The notes under the pieces were generated by a model, which was not told the DNA's origin, did not search any database, and worked only from the letters and a program-made list of their open reading frames with translations. The position numbers were made by a program, and so were the translations under genes. A stretch of 64,000 bases of DNA, from the IMG/VR virus record IMGVR_UViG_3300028764_000001, one strand, 5' to 3'. This DNA is from an uncultured virus (IMG/VR IMGVR_UViG_3300028764_000001). Lineage: Duplodnaviria; Heunggongvirae; Uroviricota; Caudoviricetes. Shown here piece after piece: positions 56,890 to 64,000 of the stretch (position 1 is the stretch's first letter; each line of letters opens with the position of its first letter).

Positions 56890-57711
56890 ATGTTTATTCA
56901 TTCAGGCAAACAATATATTGAAAGAAGTATGCATTTGATAGACCCATATAGATTTGTAGTTCCCTTGCCAATGCAATCTTTTGTAGCGCCAGTTGGATTC
57001 AACCCAGACACACAAGAATTGAATATTGCTAAGTCCTATTTTGCCTACTCAGATGTGAATAAGAAGTATGTATTTAGTATTTCTTCTGGCTACCCAACAA
57101 CTGTATTACCAGCTGTTTCTGGACGTTCATATGCATATTCAGAAAATGGTAGTACCCTATATACAGCAATAGGAAGTGGGACAGTTACGTGGACTATAGG
57201 AAGTGATAGAAGGGTTATAATTGTTATAGATTCAAGTGCAACTATACAAGCTAGTTTGCCTATGGGTGTGATTTGGGCGTATTTAGGTAATAAAGTAACA
57301 TCTGTTATTGGTAATGGTACGACGGTAAAATATATACATTGCGAATCATTAAATTCCATTACATCAATACCACCATCCTCATTTTATTATGCTCAATCAT
57401 TGACAGGTGTATTGACTATCCCACCAACAATGACGGTTATTGGCTATCAATCATTTTATAATGCATGGTACATGACGAAAATAATAATCCCAAGCACTAT
57501 TATAAGTATGGGAAATGATTGTTTTTCACAATTACCTGTTTTATCCGAAGTTGATTGTTATGCTATAAATCCTCCGTCGTTTACGTGGAATCCTGATTTT
57601 GTTGGTTCACATCCAACTGGACAAACTCTGCACGTTCCTGTAGGGAGATTGGCGGCATATAGAGCGGCAAATATTTGGAAAGATTTTATAAATATTATTG
57701 AGGATTTATAA
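56890..57711 (+). CDS. BspA-type leucine-rich repeat (LRR_5) protein
   Basis: ITSIPPSSF...LTIPPTMTVIGYQSF...IIIPSTIISMGNDCF...LHVPVGRLAAYRAANIWKDF. Confidence 0.85.
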   Translation: MFIHSGKQYIERSMHLIDPYRFVVPLPMQSFVAPVGFNPDTQELNIAKSYFAYSDVNKKYVFSISSGYPTTVLPAVSGRSYAYSENGSTLYTAIGSGTVTWTIGSDRRVIIVIDSSATIQASLPMGVIWAYLGNKVTSVIGNGTTVKYIHCESLNSITSIPPSSFYYAQSLTGVLTIPPTMTVIGYQSFYNAWYMTKIIIPSTIISMGNDCFSQLPVLSEVDCYAINPPSFTWNPDFVGSHPTGQTLHVPVGRLAAYRAANIWKDFINIIEDL

Positions 57712-57751
57712 GAAGTATTTTTATTTAACTCAGGAGGCGGGTAATTAAAAA

Positions 57752-57824
57752 AACCTCCATCGCCATTCACACGGCTCTCACGCCGTGCAAATATTTAAGG
57801 TGCAGACACACCACGACAGAGGCT
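57752..57824 (+). other. Putative structured RNA/leader
   Basis: Perfect cacggc-tctcac-gccgtg hairpin inside an outer cctc..tcg / cga..gagg stem. Confidence 0.45.
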
Positions 57825-57849
57825 AAACTAAAAGCAAAAATAAACAGTA

Positions 57850-58032
57850 ATGAGGGAACCTTTTAAAAGTATGATTGTAAAAGGGCTAAAGAGATTAGCA
57901 GAAAAAATTGAAACTGGTTACTATAATGAACTAACAGATGACCAATATGACAAGTTAAGATCTGCTACACTATTATACCTAGAAGTCGAAATTGAACTAG
58001 AACAACAAAGACATGGAACTACTAAGAATTGA
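57850..58032 (+). CDS. Small hypothetical protein
   Basis: 60-aa helical ORF. Confidence 0.55.
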   Translation: MREPFKSMIVKGLKRLAEKIETGYYNELTDDQYDKLRSATLLYLEVEIELEQQRHGTTKN

Positions 58033-58486
58033 TCTAACTTTCTTTCTAACAGTATTTGGTATTATATGTGGTGTACTTGGGGGTTCTGGTGGTTTAATCA
58101 TTGCCCTTATTTACCTACGTAAGAACCATAAACTAAAAGAACAGGAAATTATTATCAATACCCAAAGGATTCAAACTAGTGAAACTAAACCTCTGTATGA
58201 CCTATTGGCCGAACTTCAGAAAGATAAAGAGATATCAGCTAAAGAAAAAGAATCCTATAGGTTAGAGATTGAAAATGGGCATAAAGCAAGGGAAGCTCTT
58301 GAGAAAAGGATAAGCGATATAGAAGATAGGGAAAGAAAGAGGGAGATGTTACTCCTTGAAACTGAGAAGTCAAAATTAATCCTTGAAAGAGCAATAGGCT
58401 ATGGTATACGCTGCACTACAGGTGAGGCAGATTGCCCAATACGTAGTGAACTAAAACAATTAAAATTAAGTTTATATGGCAAATGA
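58013..58486 (+). CDS. Membrane protein with coiled coil (holin/antiholin candidate)
   Basis: N-terminal TM; overlaps the endolysin start. Confidence 0.6.
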   Translation: MELLRIDLTFFLTVFGIICGVLGGSGGLIIALIYLRKNHKLKEQEIIINTQRIQTSETKPLYDLLAELQKDKEISAKEKESYRLEIENGHKAREALEKRISDIEDRERKREMLLLETEKSKLILERAIGYGIRCTTGEADCPIRSELKQLKLSLYGK

Positions 58487-58970
58487 CATTTTAAAACACT
58501 ATGAGGGTTTACATGATGGGGACCTTCACCAAATTGGGCTACAACCTAAAATGGATCCAGTAGGAATCTGGACTGAAGGTTGGGGAAGGGCAATGTTATA
58601 CAAAGGCAAGTTTCTCAAAGGTTCAGCTAATGAAGCTATAGCCAATAAACTGGCAACCATCAAAACTATTGAACAGGCAGATGCTGCATTGGTATCAGAC
58701 CTTAACCCAATATGGGCTATCATTGCAAGGAAGATAACCATACTATTAACCCAGTTACAGAAAGAGACCCTTGCATCTCATATATATAATACTGGGGGTA
58801 GTAGTACACTATACAACCTTATTAACTCTAGGTCACCAGAATTAGCTAATTGGTGGATGGCACATTACATTACTGGGCAAGGTAATCCAAAGCCACAACC
58901 TGGTCTAGTGTACCGGAGGAAAACAGAAGCATTATACTTTACTACGGGTGTTCTTAAATTCTACAACTAA
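58476..58970 (+). CDS. Endolysin, GH24 lysozyme
   Basis: HYEG...DPVGIWTEGWG catalytic E-D-T, YNTG, GLVYRRKTE. Confidence 0.92.
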   Translation: MANDILKHYEGLHDGDLHQIGLQPKMDPVGIWTEGWGRAMLYKGKFLKGSANEAIANKLATIKTIEQADAALVSDLNPIWAIIARKITILLTQLQKETLASHIYNTGGSSTLYNLINSRSPELANWWMAHYITGQGNPKPQPGLVYRRKTEALYFTTGVLKFYN

Positions 58971-58988
58971 CCTTATTAATAAAAGGCT

Positions 58989-59681
58989 ATGAACTCACCA
59001 AAAGTAACAATAAGGTTTGGAAACTCTAAGCCTTACCCGCAAATACCAAAAAATGTAGTACCTGACAATCCAATTATATTAGATGTTGATATACTAAGGG
59101 CAATTAGAGATGAAAACCCCCAATCAACCCAATTAGCTACTCTCTTTGATGATAGTAAGGACCCATATACTGAGTGGTGGTCTAATAATAATGGTGCTAT
59201 GTTTGGTTCAAATACAGAACTCCAGAACTTAGTTTACTTGGGTGTAATAAAAAATCTACCAAGTATCCTAGATCCCAAAAAGTGTTATTATTTAAAGCTT
59301 GCTAGTAAAACATTAAATTCTTTAAATGTATCAGGACTAACTAACCTATTAATGATAGAGTGCAGCAATAATACAATTAGCACTTTAAACCTTAATGGAC
59401 TAAACCTATTACAAACTGTTAATTGTAACAATAACACCATAACCTCATTGAGTATGGATAAAGTATCAAATGATTTCAATCTTTTTGGTTGTGGTGGTAA
59501 TAGCCTGAGTCCAAGTGGTATACAGCTACTATTTAGTACTATTGTAAAAACTAGTAATGAAGGGGGTTATATATACCTAGCTGATGGTACTAACTCACCT
59601 TACCCTATGTGGCCACAACAATCAATTGATGATTATAACCTTCTTATATCTAGGAACTGGGAAATTGTATATAATCCTTAA
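58989..59681 (+). CDS. Leucine-rich-repeat protein
   Basis: LNVSGLTNLLMIECSNNTISTLNLNGLNLLQTVNCNNNTITSL. Confidence 0.8.
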   Translation: MNSPKVTIRFGNSKPYPQIPKNVVPDNPIILDVDILRAIRDENPQSTQLATLFDDSKDPYTEWWSNNNGAMFGSNTELQNLVYLGVIKNLPSILDPKKCYYLKLASKTLNSLNVSGLTNLLMIECSNNTISTLNLNGLNLLQTVNCNNNTITSLSMDKVSNDFNLFGCGGNSLSPSGIQLLFSTIVKTSNEGGYIYLADGTNSPYPMWPQQSIDDYNLLISRNWEIVYNP

Positions 59682-59693
59682 ACATAATATAAA

Positions 59694-59963
59694 ATGAAGA
59701 AACTAAAAAAACTTTGGCTTAAACTTGTAGCTGACTTAAAGTCTGCTACACCTAAAATCTACAAGTGGATAATGGGCATCCTAATTGGTCTGGCTGGTAT
59801 GGCAGTTACAATATCCTATGCTTTTGATACTTTACCAGCAGCATGGCAAACATTAGTACCTGAGACAATATTAAAAGGACTTGCAGGACTTGCTCTACTT
59901 GGTGCTGTTCTGGCAAAGAAACAGAATATAAAGTCTACTGACCCACCAGCTACTATAGAGTAA
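59694..59963 (+). CDS. Holin (2 TM) candidate
   Basis: 89 aa, two TM helices, basic N-terminus, near the endolysin. Confidence 0.65.
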   Translation: MKKLKKLWLKLVADLKSATPKIYKWIMGILIGLAGMAVTISYAFDTLPAAWQTLVPETILKGLAGLALLGAVLAKKQNIKSTDPPATIE

Positions 59964-59997
59964 CCATACACAATACTAATTATATAAACTATATAGG

Positions 59998-60561
59998 ATG
60001 GCATCTAATAAGGTAAACATAAACATTCCCACTCCTACCATTGAGATTAAACTCGAAGGAGATTGGGCAAAAGCTGTAATGATGCCCCAGTTAGTTGTAA
60101 AATCAATTGCAGAAGGTTATGAGTTAGCAACAAGAGATTGTTCTAAAGATATCATAAGGATAGTAAAACAAGCTTTAAATACTGGCTTACCACCACCTGG
60201 TGCTCATTGGCCACCATTATCACCCACAACAATAAAGTCACATGGTAACCATACTGTATATAAAATGACTGGTTTTTATGAGAGGTCAATAGGTGTACAT
60301 GTATATAAGGGCAGGGTACTAATTGGTATCCCCCTTAATATACGTGCTCCTGGGGGTTTAACTATAAATCAACTTGCTATCCTACTTGAACATGGTAGTA
60401 CTAATAAGGGTGGGGGGGGTATACCACCAAGGCCCCTTTGGGCACCTTCATTAGAAGCCTATGGTGGTACTAAAAGAATAAAGAAGGTAGTTATACAAAA
60501 TATAAAGAACTGTATATTTAAAAATACGGGTATAAGCCCTAAACAACTCACAATTCAATAG
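59998..60561 (+). CDS. Tail completion / virion morphogenesis (neck) protein
   Basis: WPPLSPTTIK...TG...LEHGS...IPPRPLW. Confidence 0.8.
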   Translation: MASNKVNINIPTPTIEIKLEGDWAKAVMMPQLVVKSIAEGYELATRDCSKDIIRIVKQALNTGLPPPGAHWPPLSPTTIKSHGNHTVYKMTGFYERSIGVHVYKGRVLIGIPLNIRAPGGLTINQLAILLEHGSTNKGGGGIPPRPLWAPSLEAYGGTKRIKKVVIQNIKNCIFKNTGISPKQLTIQ

Positions 60562-60563
60562 CC

Positions 60564-61235
60564 ATGGTAAATACCCAAGAGATCATAGAGAGATCCATAT
60601 ATTCTGCACTACTATCAATTGCTATTAATCAAGGTTACTCTCTAGACCCAGCTAATTATTTGCCTGCAACACCACAATCAGCTATCACTTTTGAAAGTGA
60701 TAAAAAAGCACTACTAGACTCGGGAAAATCATTTGTTGGTATATATGGTGCAGGTAACAACCAATCAAGGGGAATAAAAGAGTGCCCAAGGATAACACTA
60801 GAACCTCAGGGTTTCTTTCCTGGTGATATGGGCTTCCCCAAACAACAAGTTGATAAAAGCGAAGATGGTTCATTTTTAGTAAGTGAGTCAAACTATACTG
60901 AATCTGTTGATCAGTTGGTAAATATCCACTTAACTGCTAACAATATATCCGATATGAGGTTATTACATAACATATTAAACTCATCAATTCCTCAGAGGGG
61001 TTATATAAAACCCTATATATATGATTTAAAACCTTTTGATGGGAATATATACATACAACTATCAAACTTCTTTTCACTGCCTGATACTGATAAGGGTATA
61101 ATGGAAAAAGTATACCAATTCATGGTTAAGGATACAATTTTAAATGAGTTATTCATACCAACTGGTGAAATTATATCTCCTATAAAAGACATATCATTGC
61201 TACTAAGTGAAATTGAGTTACTTAAAATAAACTAA
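60564..61235 (+). CDS. Tail terminator (putative)
   Basis: Size and position immediately before the sheath gene. Confidence 0.6.
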   Translation: MVNTQEIIERSIYSALLSIAINQGYSLDPANYLPATPQSAITFESDKKALLDSGKSFVGIYGAGNNQSRGIKECPRITLEPQGFFPGDMGFPKQQVDKSEDGSFLVSESNYTESVDQLVNIHLTANNISDMRLLHNILNSSIPQRGYIKPYIYDLKPFDGNIYIQLSNFFSLPDTDKGIMEKVYQFMVKDTILNELFIPTGEIISPIKDISLLLSEIELLKIN

Positions 61236-61265
61236 TAATTATCAACTTAATAAATTAAAAAACGT

Positions 61266-63122
61266 ATGCCCAATTCACCTAATGTAAAGATTGGCTTTGA
61301 AAACCAAAATGTCCAAACCAGTGCACCATCCTTAGGTGTATCTCATGTATTGGCAAGGACTACCAAGGGCTCATTCAATGACCCTAGTAAACTAATAAGA
61401 AATATATCTCAGTTCAGAGATGTATATGGTAGTGAGATAGTACCTGATGGGACAATATCTAATATTGAAAAAGCCCTATCGGGTGGTTCCACATTACGTA
61501 TTTGCCGTGTACCTGGGGGAGGTATAGAAAAAGCAGTTGCTTTATCTGCAGTCTATGATGAGGCAGATGGTGTAGTATATACTGATTCATTAACAGTGGT
61601 TACTGATGATATTGGAGACAGCTTCAAAATAGTTATCACAATGGGTGATTCTAGGTTAATTGAACCAATAAATAAGACAGTATTTACACTTGAAGTTGCA
61701 ATGCGTACTAAAGAGTACACTGACTACCCCAACAAACTTATTAAGGTAAAACTTAATACCAATGGCCTTTTAGTTGTAGAACTTTACAGTAATGTATACC
61801 GGTACACAGATGTAAATCCAACTAACCTAGTAGAGTCTATACCTGTAATGTTACTAAAAACTGTTGATGTAGCAGGTAAATATGTAATAACTGATGTTGA
61901 TACATCCCGCTTTAGTAGCTTATTGAACAATCAATCAAGTACAAACTTAGAATTTGTAATTGGTGCATTAACTAAATCCACTACAACTGTAGGTACTGTA
62001 GATACTGTTACACCACTTACAACTGTAACGGGTTTACTTAACTATATTGACCATAATAGAGATAGGTTTAAATATGGTACTGCTGATACAATTGGATATG
62101 GTAATGAGGACAACACTGGCTCTGTATTTACTGAAGGCTTGATCTACTTATTCGACGGTGGTAATACTGGTATTGCATCCACACCTGAAGATTGGATAGC
62201 CTCTATTGAATACTTAAGGGATTATGTAGATGCATATCAGATAACTTGTTCACACTTGAGCCAGCACCTTATTGAAGCTGATGCAAAAGAAGTACATATT
62301 GCAATGGCCAACTTTGTAAATGAAGTAGAAGAATTAGTGTATTATATTGACATACCAAAATATAAAACTCCTGGTACCCCAATGGTATACAGTGAACTCA
62401 TCGCTTGGGTAATTGATATGATTACAACAATTGGGCATTCAAAATATGTAGCTTACTTTGGTGGGGGTTACAAGTATTACAACTCAACTGGGGTTTTAAA
62501 AAACTGCGATAATATTGGAACCATACTAGGCTTAGGTGATGCCTGTGCAACTGCTTTTGGCCCTTGGTACCATTTCTCAGGAGTAAACCGGGGTTTAGTA
62601 ACTGAATCTGTTGGTCCAGTTTCACCAAACTATGGTTCACCTTCAAACTACAATAAATTAAATGAGATAGCTAATGCTTATATTAATATGTCTGTAGTTA
62701 AGGATACCAGGAGTATGGGAAAACAAACTATGTTATTCCATAACTTTACTTCTCAAGTATTGGACAATTCTGAAAAATTCTTGGGTATAGTAAGGTTAAA
62801 CTTATACCTAAAGAAACTGTTGCGACCAATCCTAGAGTCTTATATTGAAGAGCCTAATACTTTCTCCACTTGGAATAGTTTATACTACATTGTTAAACCA
62901 CTCCTTGATAAACTGGTTGGTTCAGCAATGGTTAGCTATACTTGGTATGGAGATCAATTTGCAACCTCTTTTAAAGACATGGAAGTTAACAAAGAGGCTG
63001 ATGTAAGGGTAGGTAAATACCTAGCTAAACTATCCTACATAGATATAGTTGCTATGCAAGAAATTGTACTAAGTGTTACTATAGATGCTGTTGCTGGTTC
63101 TGTAACTATTTCAAAAACCTAA
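61266..63122 (+). CDS. Contractile tail sheath protein
   Basis: SPNVKI...TTKGSFNDP...FRDVYG; PWYHFSGVNRG; IVRLNLYLKK...EPN. Confidence 0.9.
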   Translation: MPNSPNVKIGFENQNVQTSAPSLGVSHVLARTTKGSFNDPSKLIRNISQFRDVYGSEIVPDGTISNIEKALSGGSTLRICRVPGGGIEKAVALSAVYDEADGVVYTDSLTVVTDDIGDSFKIVITMGDSRLIEPINKTVFTLEVAMRTKEYTDYPNKLIKVKLNTNGLLVVELYSNVYRYTDVNPTNLVESIPVMLLKTVDVAGKYVITDVDTSRFSSLLNNQSSTNLEFVIGALTKSTTTVGTVDTVTPLTTVTGLLNYIDHNRDRFKYGTADTIGYGNEDNTGSVFTEGLIYLFDGGNTGIASTPEDWIASIEYLRDYVDAYQITCSHLSQHLIEADAKEVHIAMANFVNEVEELVYYIDIPKYKTPGTPMVYSELIAWVIDMITTIGHSKYVAYFGGGYKYYNSTGVLKNCDNIGTILGLGDACATAFGPWYHFSGVNRGLVTESVGPVSPNYGSPSNYNKLNEIANAYINMSVVKDTRSMGKQTMLFHNFTSQVLDNSEKFLGIVRLNLYLKKLLRPILESYIEEPNTFSTWNSLYYIVKPLLDKLVGSAMVSYTWYGDQFATSFKDMEVNKEADVRVGKYLAKLSYIDIVAMQEIVLSVTIDAVAGSVTISKT

Positions 63123-63137
63123 TTAAATTAATAACAC

Positions 63138-63599
63138 ATGGCTAAAATAAAAAATCCTAGGAAGAAATTCCTATGGGCGATAACATTTATCAATCACCCA
63201 ATAAACACTTACCTATTTCAAAAGGTAAACCTTCCTGAAAAATCGCTGGAGCAAACTGAACATGCGGATGTAAACCGAGATGTAAAGACTGCTGGCCGTG
63301 CAAAAATTGGTAACATGACTGCTGAGAAACTGGAGACAACTTCTGGTTCTGATACTTGGTTATGGGATTGGATGCAAAGTATCCAGGACACAAAACTTGG
63401 TGGTGGCTTAACCCCAGAACAATATTGGGAAACTGTAAAGGTAGATGAACTTGCAGAAGATGGGGTATCAGTTTTAAATACCTGGATCCTTGAAGAAGTC
63501 TGGCCATTAAAACTAAATGGCCATGAATGCGAAAGAAAAAGTTCAGACAATACAATTGAAACTATTGAATTTTCAGTAGGTGACTTAGATAAACTTTAA
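63138..63599 (+). CDS. Tail tube protein (T4 gp19-like)
   Basis: FQKVNLPE...KTAGR...WDWMQ...WILEEVWP...IETIEFS. Confidence 0.9.
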   Translation: MAKIKNPRKKFLWAITFINHPINTYLFQKVNLPEKSLEQTEHADVNRDVKTAGRAKIGNMTAEKLETTSGSDTWLWDWMQSIQDTKLGGGLTPEQYWETVKVDELAEDGVSVLNTWILEEVWPLKLNGHECERKSSDNTIETIEFSVGDLDKL

Positions 63600-63611
63600 T
63601 ATATCCAGCAT

Positions 63612-63647
63612 TAAAAGGTATGGCTCCAAAAGGGTCATACCTTTTAT
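63612..63647 (+). terminator. Intrinsic terminator after the tube gene
   Basis: taaaaggtatggctc-caaaa-gggtcatacctttta. Confidence 0.8.
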
Positions 63648-63681
63648 AGTTTTATAAACATAAACAACAACAAACAACACA

Positions 63682-64000
63682 ATGGAAACAACACAACCAC
63701 AAACAAGAACATTTGAATTTATTGCTCCTTCGGGGCACAGTTACACTATCAGGGAACAAAATGGTGAGGATGATGATATCCTATCAAACCCAGTAAGGGC
63801 AAAAACTTTACAGAATCTATCAGACTTTGCATCGGGTTTAATTGTAACTAACACACGTAATAGTGGAAGACTTACTTCTGATGAAATACAAGAACTCCCC
63901 GCTTTAGACAGGTATGTAATACTATTCAACTCTAGGGTATTTTCAATTGGCAAAGATGTTGATTTTGAATTTGATTGGGGGAAAGAGAATGGTGGTATAG
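63682..64000 (+). CDS. Tail assembly/baseplate hub protein (T4 gp26-like), 3'-truncated
   Basis: APSGHSYTIREQNGEDDDIL...LPALDRYVILFNSRVFSIG; open to the window end. Confidence 0.65.
   Translation, partial: METTQPQTRTFEFIAPSGHSYTIREQNGEDDDILSNPVRAKTLQNLSDFASGLIVTNTRNSGRLTSDEIQELPALDRYVILFNSRVFSIGKDVDFEFDWGKENGGI

Noticed and set aside
56890..57850. Diversity-generating retroelement targeting the LRR protein
   Set aside because: No reverse transcriptase and no template/variable repeat pair seen in the window.
698..63953. Many short antisense or nested ORFs in the track (e.g. 1184, 7631, 14086, 27891, 41681, 53177, 63190)
   Set aside because: They overlap well-supported genes in other frames and have no motifs or leaders.
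1..64000. Stop-codon reassignment, as in some Bacteroidetes phages
   Set aside because: Long genes are intact under code 11, and TAA, TAG and TGA all end genes at sensible boundaries.
1..64000. Prophage, integrase or host chromosomal DNA
   Set aside because: No integrase, repressor or host housekeeping block; recA, groES, the nusG-like gene and thyX are divergent and embedded in phage operons.
1..64000. Assignment to a named phage family (e.g. Flandersviridae/Gubaphage-like)
   Set aside because: The overall organisation is suggestive, but it cannot be supported without TerL/MCP phylogeny.

Overview
This is 64 kb of a lytic, contractile-tailed (myovirus-type) dsDNA phage, standard genetic code, low GC. 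The host is almost certainly a Bacteroidetes: there are 13 TAnnTTTG promoters and the A-rich leaders lack Shine-Dalgarno sites. Layout: (1) 1-16.3 kb covers replication, recombination and nucleotide metabolism: SF2 helicase, HNH, a dCTPase-like enzyme, two tandem thymidylate-synthase-fold genes with the dCMP-type Asp, PolA, UvsY-like, GroES, SSB, RecA, 5'-3' exonuclease, kinase, Mre11/Rad50, resolvase, a NusG paralog and a sigma-region-4-like protein. (2) 16.3-41 kb is an early region of small genes in promoter/terminator cassettes, including an isonitrile-synthase-like gene. (3) 41.3-44.1 kb is a minus-strand block with DUF3310 and ThyX. (4) 44.2-64 kb holds a C5-methyltransferase-like gene, then terminase, portal, head, neck, fibres, lysis, sheath and tube. 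The most striking signal is a 1.25-kb island (39790-41040) with no RCC/GGY trinucleotide at all. It carries a Gly/Pro-purged paralog of another phage gene and abuts non-coding arrays dense in GGCC. Together with the cytosine-modification genes, this suggests a sequence-specific cytosine hypermodification system with a deliberately unmodifiable zone. All family assignments come from motif recognition by eye, and all counts are hand counts; no database search was run.
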